39,754 nt of DNA from Acidobacteriota bacterium (GTDB lineage Bacteria > Acidobacteriota > Thermoanaerobaculia > Gp7-AA8), in contig QHVX01000009.1 of assembly GCA_003222375.1 (NCBI GenBank), positions 1 through 39,754 on the forward strand, read 5' to 3'. Position 1 is the stretch's first letter, and each line of letters starts with the position of its first letter. Below the pieces are notes generated by a model. The model was not told the origin of the DNA and did no database searches. It saw only the letters and a program-made list of their open reading frames with translations. Made by a program: the position numbers and the translations under genes. Shown one piece after another: positions 9,673 to 17,508 of this stretch.

Positions 9673-9678
9673 TAGTCC

Positions 9679-9716
9679 ACCACAGAGGCACAGAGAACGC
9701 AGAGACCTCCGTGGTG
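9679..9716. repeat. palindromic hairpin element between convergent genes; possible bidirectional terminator
   Basis: CACCACAGAGG pairs with CCTCCGTGGTG (10 of 11 positions) around a 17-nt loop holding short CAGAG-type tandem units. It sits between the nadA stop (9672) and the kinase stop (9720). There is no clear U-tract. Confidence 0.45.
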
Positions 9717-9719
9717 AAA

Positions 9720-12167
9720 TCAGTGACAAATCAATTGGTAAACGCCGATGACATCATCGCGTACGTCATCGAGATCGGCCTTCATCTTCCCAACTGTTTT
9801 CTGAAACTCCGGGTCGGTCTCGATCGGCTGCATCCACGGATGCTTCACCCACGCGTACCAGCTGTGATTACTCAACTCGGCCGAGCGATTCACCCACGCG
9901 ACCGATTTTTGATGATCGCCGATCTTCGCGTAGCAAAGCGCCTGACGCATGGCAGCCCAGTGATTGTGCATTGCGTCCGGCTCGAATGACTTCAGCGCAG
10001 CCTCGCACGCCGCGCGATCTCCGTTGGCAGCCGCAATCATCGCGTGCAGACTCTTTCCGAGGTAGTGATTTGGAACGATGTGACTGACGCGATCGGCCTC
10101 CGATGTCGCGTCCTGCAAGTTACCGAGCAGGATGAAGGCGTTTGCGCGGATGTCGTGCCCCGCGACTTCGGTGTCCTTGGCGGCGAGCGCGGGTTGCGCG
10201 TTCTGCAATGAGCCTTCGGGGTCGACGGCGTTGACGTACCAGTAGCCGCGGACTTTTACCTCGTTCGAGTTCGGATCGAGCTTCTGCATCCGATCGGCAA
10301 TGCACTGCGTTTTCTGCGTATCGCCGATGGAGACGAAATAGGTGGCCATGCTGTTGAGCGCATGCGTGTCATTGGCGTTCAGGCGCAATGCGGCCAGCTC
10401 CTCGCGGACCGATTCGCGAAAACGTTCGGGAAACCGCACGAAGGCGCGGCCGAGGGCGAGGTGGGCGGTGGGGAGGTTGGGATCGAGGCGCACCGCCTGG
10501 CGCGCATACCACTCGGTTTTCTGCGCGACGTCGGGATCGGTATCGAGAGCACGGGCCTGACCGAGTGACAACGCGATCGCGAGATCGGCGTACGCAGCAG
10601 CGAAGTTCGGATCGAGCGCGATCGCCCGTTTCAGCGCCGCGACCTGGGTGCGATGCTCTTGCGGAACGAGGCTTCCGATGAGCGAACGCGCTTTGAGATA
10701 TTCCTCGTACGCTTTCGGATTCGTCGATCGCGCTTCCGATCGGCGGCTGATCTGCTGCACGCCGAGCTTCTGATTGAGCGCGGTGACCGTTCGCGACGAG
10801 ACATCGTCGATCAATTTGAGAAGATTCTCACGGCGGCCATCGATCGTGTCGGCCCACACGTTGTAACCGGTGCGCGCATCGGTGAGCTGTAAATTGACGC
10901 GCACCAGATCGCCGGCCGCGAGGAAATGTCCTTCCAGCAAACCGTCGACGTGCAGTTTCTGTCCGACGGTTTTCGCGTCGATCTTTTGATTGCGGAACTC
11001 CATGACCGCCGACGTTGGTCGCACCTGCAGGGATGGAATCTGCTGCAGGTTGGTCGTGAGCGCATCGGCAAGACCGACCGACAAGAAATCATCGCGCGCA
11101 TTGTTCGCGATGTTCGTCAACGGCAAAACCGCCATGGAGTGGATGGGCGGCGGAGCGGCCGTGCCCGTAGTCGTGGTCGCATCGTCGCTCACGCCACTGG
11201 TTTGCGCGAAGTAGATGGCCGTCCCGATCAACCCCAACGCCGCCAGCGCTATCACGATCCTCGGCCACCGCGCTCGATGGACGGTTCGGCCGATGAGGCT
11301 TCGCGAGTGCGATGGCGCGAGCGTGTGCCGCGCTGTTGGAGTGATCAGGACATCGAGGTCGGCGAGCACTTCGCGCGCGCTTTGATATCGATCCTTGGGA
11401 TCCTTCTGCAGGAGTTTTCCGATGATCCTGGCGGCGGCGGTTGGAAACGCCGAATCGCGCGGGACAAACGGCTCCGGTTCCGAGTCGCGAATTTTTTCGA
11501 GAACCAGCAACGGCGCGTCGGCGTTGAAGGGGAGCTGGCCGGACGCCATCTGATAGAAAACGATGCCGAGGCAAAAGAGGTCGCTGCGTTCGTCAGCAGG
11601 TTGGCCTCGAGCCTGTTCGGGCGAGAGGTAGTGCAGTGTGCCGAACAGTTGTCCGGTGGTCGTGTCGATCGACATGGCCGCAACTTCGCGATGCAGCGCC
11701 TTGGCGAGGCCGAAATCGAGAATCTTCACCTGGCCGGAGGGCTCGATGATGATGTTGGCGCTTTTCAGATCGCGATGGACGATGCCGCCCTCGTGCGCGG
11801 CTGCCACTCCGGCAGTGATCTGGCGCGCGACGTTGAGAAACTCGGCCGCTTCGAATGGACGGCGATGAATTCGCTGCGTCAGCGTTTCGCCTTCGCAGTA
11901 CTCCATGACGATGTACGGTGCACCGTCCGATTCGCCGACTTCGTGGATCGTCGCGACGTTCGGATGGCGAATGGCGGCCGCACTGCGCGCTTCGCGCATG
12001 AAACGCGCGCGGCGATCGCCGGCCGCCAGATCTTCCGCGCGAAGAACTTTGAGCGCGACAGTGCGCTCCAGACGCGAATCGCGCGCGAGGTAAACCGTTC
12101 CCATCCCACCTTTGCCGAGTACTCGGATGACCTCGAATCGGTCGAACGACTGCGGGACTTCAGTCAT
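9720..12167 (-). CDS. Ser/Thr protein kinase with a transmembrane segment and C-terminal TPR repeats
   Basis: 815-aa ORF with GKGGMGTVYLA, VALK, HRDLKSANIII, DFGLAK and SPEQ. A hydrophobic helix (IVIALAALGLIGTAIYF) is followed by TPR-like repeats. Confidence 0.9.
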   Translation of the reverse strand: MTEVPQSFDRFEVIRVLGKGGMGTVYLARDSRLERTVALKVLRAEDLAAGDRRARFMREARSAAAIRHPNVATIHEVGESDGAPYIVMEYCEGETLTQRIHRRPFEAAEFLNVARQITAGVAAAHEGGIVHRDLKSANIIIEPSGQVKILDFGLAKALHREVAAMSIDTTTGQLFGTLHYLSPEQARGQPADERSDLFCLGIVFYQMASGQLPFNADAPLLVLEKIRDSEPEPFVPRDSAFPTAAARIIGKLLQKDPKDRYQSAREVLADLDVLITPTARHTLAPSHSRSLIGRTVHRARWPRIVIALAALGLIGTAIYFAQTSGVSDDATTTTGTAAPPPIHSMAVLPLTNIANNARDDFLSVGLADALTTNLQQIPSLQVRPTSAVMEFRNQKIDAKTVGQKLHVDGLLEGHFLAAGDLVRVNLQLTDARTGYNVWADTIDGRRENLLKLIDDVSSRTVTALNQKLGVQQISRRSEARSTNPKAYEEYLKARSLIGSLVPQEHRTQVAALKRAIALDPNFAAAYADLAIALSLGQARALDTDPDVAQKTEWYARQAVRLDPNLPTAHLALGRAFVRFPERFRESVREELAALRLNANDTHALNSMATYFVSIGDTQKTQCIADRMQKLDPNSNEVKVRGYWYVNAVDPEGSLQNAQPALAAKDTEVAGHDIRANAFILLGNLQDATSEADRVSHIVPNHYLGKSLHAMIAAANGDRAACEAALKSFEPDAMHNHWAAMRQALCYAKIGDHQKSVAWVNRSAELSNHSWYAWVKHPWMQPIETDPEFQKTVGKMKADLDDVRDDVIGVYQLICH

Positions 12168-12189
12168 TGGCTACCCAAGCGATTCTACA

Positions 12190-12672
12190 ATGGCGAGTTG
12201 CATGATCGAGTTCACCGAGGATCGCATCCCGTCGCAGGGGCTTGCCGAGGCGGTCGATGACCTGGTCGAGCTGTTCGGAGGCGACCTGCAGTCGTCGCGG
12301 GAGGGCGAGCGGCGCTTCATTCTGCCCCTGCGTCGGGGGGTGGCGGTGGCGGGGGGAGTGGAGTGCACAGTCTCCTGGGCAATCGACGCGAGCGATCAGG
12401 CGACCGTGACGCTGGTCTGCAATCGCGATGTCGACGCGCCCAAAACGCAGCGCATCGCGATCCTCGTGGTCGGTGTCATCGGCGCCCTCACGTTCATGAT
12501 GTGGCCGTTCTTCGGTAAGCATGCGACGCAGCTCGGGACACTGGCCTGGATCGGCGGATTCGTCGCGCTGGCGGTTTACTTTCTGACGCTGCGGCGGACT
12601 TCCGGCGGCATCGCGTACGACTTTCTGCAGCGACTCGCGCGGCGGCAGCGCGAAACTACAACCGGTCCGTGA
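12190..12672 (+). CDS. hypothetical membrane protein (two predicted TM helices)
   Basis: ORF 12112..12672. I prefer ATG 12190 so that it does not overlap the divergent kinase start. It contains the hydrophobic stretches IAILVVGVIGALTFMMWPFF and LAWIGGFVALAVYFLTL. I recognise no family. Confidence 0.45.
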   Translation: MASCMIEFTEDRIPSQGLAEAVDDLVELFGGDLQSSREGERRFILPLRRGVAVAGGVECTVSWAIDASDQATVTLVCNRDVDAPKTQRIAILVVGVIGALTFMMWPFFGKHATQLGTLAWIGGFVALAVYFLTLRRTSGGIAYDFLQRLARRQRETTTGP

Positions 12673-13834
12673 GGATCGTCTTCGCGATCGTGGCAAGCTG
12701 CATGTTCGAGGTCCCTTCGTAGATCTTTCCGATCTTCGAGTCGCGCCAGAATTTTTCGACCGGATACTCCTTGGTGTACCCGTTGCCGCCAAAAATCTCG
12801 ACCGCGGTCGACGTCACCCGCTCGCACACTTCTGACGAAAAGAGCTTCGCCATGGCTGCTTCGCGGAGGAATGGCTTGCCGGCATCCTTCAGCCGCGCTG
12901 CGTTGTAGACCATCAGTCGCGCCGCCTCCAGCTGGGTCGCGGCCTGCGCGATCTGAAATTGAAGCCCCTGAAATTCGGAGATCGCCTTCCCGAACTGTCT
13001 CCGCTCTTTGGAGTAGGCGATGGCGTACTCCAGCGCGCCGCGCGCCACGCCGATCATCTGCGCGCCGATTCCGATCCGCCCTTCGTTGAGCGTTTCGATC
13101 GCGATTTTGTAGCCCTTGCCGGCTTCGCCCAGGACGTTTTCTTTCGGGACGCGGCAGTCTTCGAGGATCAGCTCACACGTCGATGACGCGCGGATACCGG
13201 TCTTGTCTTCCTTCTTTCCGACGGAAAAGCCGGGAAAATCGCGCTCGATGATGAACGCAGTGATGCCCTTGTAACCAGCGTCCGGATTCGCATTCACGAA
13301 CACGATGAACACTCCCGCCTCAGCCGCGTTCGTGATCCACAGCTTGCGCCCGCTGAGGACCCAGTGATCGCCCTTGTCTTCAGCGCGCGTCGCGAGAGCA
13401 AAGGCATCCGATCCTGAGCCGGCCTCCGAAAGCGCATACGCCCCGACGGTGTCGCGCGCGAGCATCGTCAGGTATTTCGATTTCTGATCGTTGTTTCCCC
13501 AGCGAAGAATCGCGTTGTTGACGAGGGTGTTCTGCACATCCACCAGCACGCCGCAGGACGCATCGACGTGCGACAGCTCCTCGACGACGATGACGGCATT
13601 GAAGAACGACGAGCCCGCGCCGCCCCATTGATCCGGCACCTCGATGCCCATGATTCCAAGGTCGAAGAAGCTGCTGATCAGCTCTTTTGGCATTGCCGCC
13701 TGGGGATCCATGTCGTGAACGAGCGGCCGGATCTTCTCGATCGCGAACTCGCGCACGCTCTGCTGGAACATCTGCTCCTCGTCGGAGAGTACGGTGAGCG
13801 GCGCACCAGCGGGGACTTCGATGGCAGGGGTCAT
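12656..13834 (-). CDS. acyl-CoA dehydrogenase (short/branched-chain type)
   Basis: The start is ATG 13834 (MTPAIEV...). The track ORF runs further upstream only by reading through the heptamer array (SSVLSPQSSVLSP). Family-typical stretches are GAYALSEAGSGSDA, GIGAQM and IYEGTSNMQ. Confidence 0.9.
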   Translation of the reverse strand: MTPAIEVPAGAPLTVLSDEEQMFQQSVREFAIEKIRPLVHDMDPQAAMPKELISSFFDLGIMGIEVPDQWGGAGSSFFNAVIVVEELSHVDASCGVLVDVQNTLVNNAILRWGNNDQKSKYLTMLARDTVGAYALSEAGSGSDAFALATRAEDKGDHWVLSGRKLWITNAAEAGVFIVFVNANPDAGYKGITAFIIERDFPGFSVGKKEDKTGIRASSTCELILEDCRVPKENVLGEAGKGYKIAIETLNEGRIGIGAQMIGVARGALEYAIAYSKERRQFGKAISEFQGLQFQIAQAATQLEAARLMVYNAARLKDAGKPFLREAAMAKLFSSEVCERVTSTAVEIFGGNGYTKEYPVEKFWRDSKIGKIYEGTSNMQLATIAKTILTDRL

Positions 13835-13847
13835 CTCGCGGATTATA

Positions 13848-13889
13848 GGACTCAGGACTGAGGACTGAGGACTGAGGACTGAGGACTGA
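13848..13889. repeat. tandem heptamer array (GGACTGA x5 plus one variant), left arm of cassette 2
   Basis: Read directly: ggactca ggactga x5. It starts 14 nt from the acyl-CoA dehydrogenase ATG. Confidence 0.9.
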
Positions 13890-13939
13890 GAAAATCCACC
13901 GCGCGTAGAGGGGCCTTTGCGACCGAGGGACAACTAGCC

Positions 13940-14320
13940 ATGGACAACAGAATTGAACGATTCGAGGACCTTATCGCGTGGCAAAAGGCGAGGCTTTGGA
14001 CAAGCGACATCTATCGAATGGCCTTAGAGGGACAGTTTGCCCGCGATATCGTTATGTCGCGGCAGATCCGAAGCGCCGCACTCTCCGTTCCCTCAAATAT
14101 CGCCGAGGGTTTCGAGCGGGGGAATCGCAATGAATTTCATCAATTCCTGTCGATCGCGAAATCTTCTGCAGCAGAAGTGCGTAGTGACCTCTACACTGCC
14201 TTGGATATCGGCTATTTGGAGGAGAAAAGATTCACATTGTTGCTGGGCGAAGGCGAGGAAGTTGCGCGGATTATCGGCGGTTTACGCCGAGCGGTGAATC
14301 GACAGCGAACGAAGAGATGA
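13940..14320 (+). CDS. four-helix-bundle protein (23S rRNA intervening-sequence protein/Avd-like family)
   Basis: 126-aa ORF. The stretch FEDLIAWQKAR...SIPSNIAEGFERG...EFHQFLSIAKSSAAEVRSDLY matches the family signature as I recall it. The 5' leader GACCGAGGGACAAyTAG is conserved with copy 1. Confidence 0.85.
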   Translation: MDNRIERFEDLIAWQKARLWTSDIYRMALEGQFARDIVMSRQIRSAALSVPSNIAEGFERGNRNEFHQFLSIAKSSAAEVRSDLYTALDIGYLEEKRFTLLLGEGEEVARIIGGLRRAVNRQRTKR

Positions 14321-14321
14321 C

Positions 14322-14367
14322 TCAGTCCTCAGTCCGCAGTCCTCAGTCCGCAGTCCTCAGTCCTGAG
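14322..14367. repeat. tandem heptamer array (TCAGTCC/GCAGTCC x6), right arm of cassette 2
   Basis: Read directly. It is the inverted complement of 13848-13889 and ends 4 nt before tRNA-Leu. Confidence 0.9.
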
Positions 14368-14370
14368 TTG

Positions 14371-14460
14371 GCCCCTGTGGCGGAATTTGGTAGACGCACG
14401 GGACTTAAAATCCCGAGGCCCGAAAGGGCCGTGCCGGTTCGAGTCCGGCCGGGGGCACCA
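14371..14460 (+). tRNA. tRNA-Leu (anticodon UAA), type II with a long variable arm and an encoded CCA
   Basis: Hand-folded. The acceptor stem pairs GCCCCTG with CGGGGGC. The anticodon stem CGGGA/TCCCG closes the loop CT-TAA-AA. The variable arm is GGCCCGAAAGGGCC. The T arm is GCCGG-TTCGAGT-CCGGC, followed by discriminator A and CCA. Confidence 0.9.
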
Positions 14461-14465
14461 ATGGA

Positions 14466-16118
14466 TCAGCGCGCCACGAATTTCGCGCGCGCAAATCCGG
14501 TCGTTCCGCTGATCTGATCGATGATCCCGACCGACAAAATGTTCTCGCCCGGGTTCACGCGGATCGCGGTTGTGAAGGTCATCGGCTTCGCCCGCACCGC
14601 CTGCTCCGCGAACGGCGGTATTCCCAGCCCTTGCGGGCGTCGTATGACTTCGGAAGTGCGCCCATCACCGGTGCCGATGACGAAGTAGAGGATGAATCCT
14701 CCGACGAGCTTTTGGTCCTGCGGAAGAAGCGTGATCGTCGAGGCCATCGTCACCTTCACCGGTACCTTGAATTTTCCATTCTCATTCGCTGGCGGACCGG
14801 TTCGAATCGAGATTGGCCACGCGCTCGAGGCGCCGTCGGTGTAGAGATTTGCGATGACGCGATCGCTCATCTGATCGTCGCTCGACTTGATCATGACGGT
14901 TTCTCGCGCACGCACCAGATACGCCGGATTTTTTAACTTCACCGTGATTTTGCGCGGCGTCCCACGTGACTCCGGCGGCCGATAGCCGAGGGAGTAGTAG
15001 GAATCGAGGTCCTTGCTGATGATGTCGAAGGCCAGATCGAAGTTCGTCGTTTGCGTGACGGCGACACCACCGGTGGCTCCCGCCATCGCCTTCAGTGCAG
15101 AGCCGGTGCTCGCAGCGCGAGAAAAGCTTTCGGTGTAATCGAGCGGAGCGTTGTTGTCGGCAGAAACTTCGTGCGCCGACTGCGCGGTCCCGATCGCATA
15201 GATCACGACGCCGTTTTCGCTCGCTCGCTTTGCGACGTCGTCGATCATGTCCAGGGTTCGATTGCCGGAGACTCCGGTGATCGCCTGCAAATTCGGAAGG
15301 TTCGCTTGCCCCATGTACGGCGAAAAGGCGTCGAAGGCATATCGATAAAGCTCGGCGCCGGGGCGGCCGGTGAGATGTTCCCCGACGAACAGGAGAACTT
15401 TCTTTCCTTCCAGACCGCCGATACTCGTCGCCATCCGCTCCATCGCCTGGAGCATCGGCTCTTGTTCGACGCTGAGCCGCTGCGCGTAACCGTCGATATC
15501 CATTTGCGCGCGGGTGTAGAGCTCCTGCCACGGAAGGAAGTTGTCCTCACCGAGGCGAACGAGATACTGAATGTCGCGCTTGGCCGCTTCGATGGCGACC
15601 TGCTGACCGTCTCCTGCCGGCGCCATGTGCCGGAGTTTGCCGATGGCGCGCTTGACGTCCTCTTTGTCGCTCGAGAACGGAAGAATCACGTGAAGACCGA
15701 GGCGCCAGCAGACGACCATCGCTTGATCTTCGGGCCGCATTTTCTGATCGACGAATCTCTCGACGGCGGCCAGGACCGCTTCTTTCTTCGCGTTCTGCAG
15801 CGAGGCGCTGTCGACGAAGAGAAGCAGCCGCCGTTGCCGCAATTCGAGCGGCACATCGGGTGGGGATGCATCGGCGCTTTGTGCGCCGGCGATATCGGTG
15901 CGGCGGACTTCGTAGAGATTCGTGATCGTCTGCTTGACGCCCTCTTCGTAGACTTCGAAGTCGTCCTTCGTCAGCCCGCTGACCGGATTGCCATGACGAT
16001 CGCGCACGACGACGTCGACGTTGACCACGCGCACTTCGATGGTCTCGACAAGTTTCTGCTGGGGAAATCCGGAGAAAGCCAGAAGCGAGATCAAGACGGC
16101 GACAGTGAGGGTTCGCAT
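14466..16118 (-). CDS. secreted VWA-domain protein of the VWFA-related acidobacterial type
   Basis: 550-aa ORF. A signal peptide is followed by IEVRVVNVDVVVRDRHGNPVSGLTKDDFEVYEEGVKQTI, the N-terminal signature I associate with TIGR03436-like proteins. A central VWA-like region follows. Confidence 0.8.
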   Translation of the reverse strand: MRTLTVAVLISLLAFSGFPQQKLVETIEVRVVNVDVVVRDRHGNPVSGLTKDDFEVYEEGVKQTITNLYEVRRTDIAGAQSADASPPDVPLELRQRRLLLFVDSASLQNAKKEAVLAAVERFVDQKMRPEDQAMVVCWRLGLHVILPFSSDKEDVKRAIGKLRHMAPAGDGQQVAIEAAKRDIQYLVRLGEDNFLPWQELYTRAQMDIDGYAQRLSVEQEPMLQAMERMATSIGGLEGKKVLLFVGEHLTGRPGAELYRYAFDAFSPYMGQANLPNLQAITGVSGNRTLDMIDDVAKRASENGVVIYAIGTAQSAHEVSADNNAPLDYTESFSRAASTGSALKAMAGATGGVAVTQTTNFDLAFDIISKDLDSYYSLGYRPPESRGTPRKITVKLKNPAYLVRARETVMIKSSDDQMSDRVIANLYTDGASSAWPISIRTGPPANENGKFKVPVKVTMASTITLLPQDQKLVGGFILYFVIGTGDGRTSEVIRRPQGLGIPPFAEQAVRAKPMTFTTAIRVNPGENILSVGIIDQISGTTGFARAKFVAR

Positions 16119-16151
16119 CGCTTCGGTCCTGTGTTAGTCTACGAGAAAGCC

Positions 16152-16184
16152 GTTGATTAACGGAACAATCGGTTGATTAACGGA
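16152..16184. promoter_or_regulatory. direct repeat GTTGATTAACGGA x2, starts 20 bp apart (7-nt gap), in a divergent promoter region; candidate operator
   Basis: Exact 13-mers lie at 16152-16164 and 16172-16184, between the VWA gene start (16118, minus) and the small zinc-ribbon ORF (16197, plus). No binding factor is known. Confidence 0.3.
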
Positions 16185-16196
16185 GGGGAGGGCGTG

Positions 16197-16466
16197 ATGG
16201 GTACCTGCGATTACTGCGGCAGCCGATTCCCGCTGACGCGTTCCACCAGAAAATATTGCACACCCCGCTGCAAGACGAACGCTTGCCTCGATCGAAATCC
16301 GTCGCGAGTGCGCGCCGCTGACGTTCGCGCGCTCTACGCGCTGCTGGAAGAGGAGGAGCTTCGGAGCGTGGAGGCGTTTCGGGAGAGGCTGCGGATGATC
16401 ATCGCTCCCGAGCGGCCGGAGATCTCGGAGCCGCCCGAGGAGGCATACATCCCGAGTTTGGACTGA
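16197..16466 (+). CDS. small zinc-ribbon protein (CxxC...CxxxC)
   Basis: ATG 16197 is preceded by GGAGGGGAGG. The translation reads MGTCDYCGSRFPLTRSTRKYCTPRCKTNA... A strong hairpin follows directly after the stop. Confidence 0.55.
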   Translation: MGTCDYCGSRFPLTRSTRKYCTPRCKTNACLDRNPSRVRAADVRALYALLEEEELRSVEAFRERLRMIIAPERPEISEPPEEAYIPSLD

Positions 16467-16497
16467 AATAAAAAAGGGCGCCTTTGCAGGCGCCCTT
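16466..16497 (-). terminator. intrinsic terminator hairpin; the U-tract is present only on the minus-strand transcript
   Basis: The stem pairs AAGGGCGCC with GGCGCCCTT (9 bp) around the loop TTTGCA. On the minus strand the stem is followed by TTTTTTATTT. On the plus strand it follows the small ORF stop but has no U-tract. Confidence 0.6.
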
Positions 16498-16883
16498 CCG
16501 GGGTGGGAGCTAAGAACTCGCCCCCTCAGGTTTACTAGGACAATCCATCGAACGCAGTACCTCCTCCCCCATGAATTTCCGGCGGACCCGCAACAAGCGT
16601 CACGTCCATGGCCATGACCCACCTCACCGAAGTCGCGGACCGGATCGACCGCTCCGACGCGCCCCGGGGTGGAGGGGAGGAGCGGGAACTTTTATAACTG
16701 GTTCAAAGAGCGTCTGTCGCTCGATAACGCTATGCGAATCTTTTTATTGCAGAAGCAATGTAATGATGCGATTTTTCGCCGGAAATAGCAACGCGGAATG
16801 TGCACGGTATCGCTCCCTGCTACCGCAATCGGCATGCCGATTTTCGTGTGCTACCATTCCGCTTTTCCGGAGCCTAATCGCCC

Positions 16884-17508
16884 ATGAAACCAATGATTTC
16901 CGTTGTTGCGTGCGCGCTCGCGCTCGCTTCTCCAGTCTCTGCCGGCAATGTCAGCGGCAGGGTCAGTTTCGTAACAAAACGCGGCCAAAATCCGATCGCC
17001 GCCGAAACCCTCATCTGGCTGGAGCCAGTCGCCAGCCGTGTCCCGAAACTCGTTCCCGGCAAATTCCAGATGGTGACCCGCGGCAAAATGGTGCTGCCTC
17101 CCGATCTCGCATAACCTCTTCTCCCTCTCCTCCAACAACCCCTTCGACCTCGGCCTCTACCGGCGCGGGGCTGGGAAGGTGCAAAAATTCGACAATCCAG
17201 GCCTCGTCAACGTCTATTGCAACGTGCATCCGAACATGTCGGCGGTCATTCAGGTGATGTCGACACCCTATTACGGGTTCGCCGATCAAAAGGGAGACTA
17301 CGCCCTTCCGAATGTTCCGCCTGGTCGTTACCGGTTGATCGCGTGGAACGAGCAGGGTGGGCAGATCGAGTCGCGGATCGAAGTGACGACCGCCGGAGCG
17401 GTGACAGGCAACGTGGCGCTGATGCTCGACAGCCGCAACTACCGCCTCACACAGCACCTCAACAAGGTCGGGAAGCCGTACGAGCCGCCGAGCCTCAAGG
17501 ACTATTGA
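16884..17508 (+). pseudogene. periplasmic cupredoxin-like plus carboxypeptidase-regulatory-like protein, split by a 1-nt frameshift
   Basis: ORF 16884..17114 has a signal peptide (MKPMISVVACALALASPVSA) and ends ...GKMVLPPDLA*. The frame of ORF 17179..17508 is open from 17077 and reads HNLFSLSSNNPFDLGLYRRGAGKVQKFDNPGLVNVYCNVHPNM from 17110. Together these make one domain if a single nucleotide near 17106-17110 is removed. Confidence 0.6.

Noticed and set aside
12112-12189. A longer N-terminus for the membrane-protein ORF, starting at 12112.
   Set aside because: It would overlap the divergent kinase gene start by 56 nt. The added residues are not hydrophobic or conserved-looking, so ATG 12190 is preferred.
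13842-13847. TATAAT on the minus strand 7 nt upstream of the acyl-CoA dehydrogenase ATG, considered as a leaderless-mRNA promoter created by the cassette.
   Set aside because: There is no acceptable -35 element (the position falls in the heptamer array), and a single hexamer match is expected by chance. There is not enough evidence to call a promoter.
13940-14320. The four-helix-bundle/Avd-like gene considered as part of a diversity-generating retroelement.
   Set aside because: There is no reverse transcriptase ORF and no template/variable repeat pair with adenine-specific differences anywhere in the window. The only long repeat (in rpoD) is a perfect inverted copy.
8360-14367. Tandem heptamer arrays considered as CRISPR arrays.
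   Set aside because: The units are 7 nt and directly abut each other with no spacers. The arrays come in inverted pairs, and no cas genes are present.
17100-17115. Programmed +1 ribosomal frameshift in the cupredoxin-like gene, with a TAA stop in the A site as in prfB.
   Set aside because: The P-site codon (GCA) cannot re-pair in the +1 frame. There is no upstream SD-like stimulator at the right distance. The frame change that restores the HN motif must occur before the GCA codon.
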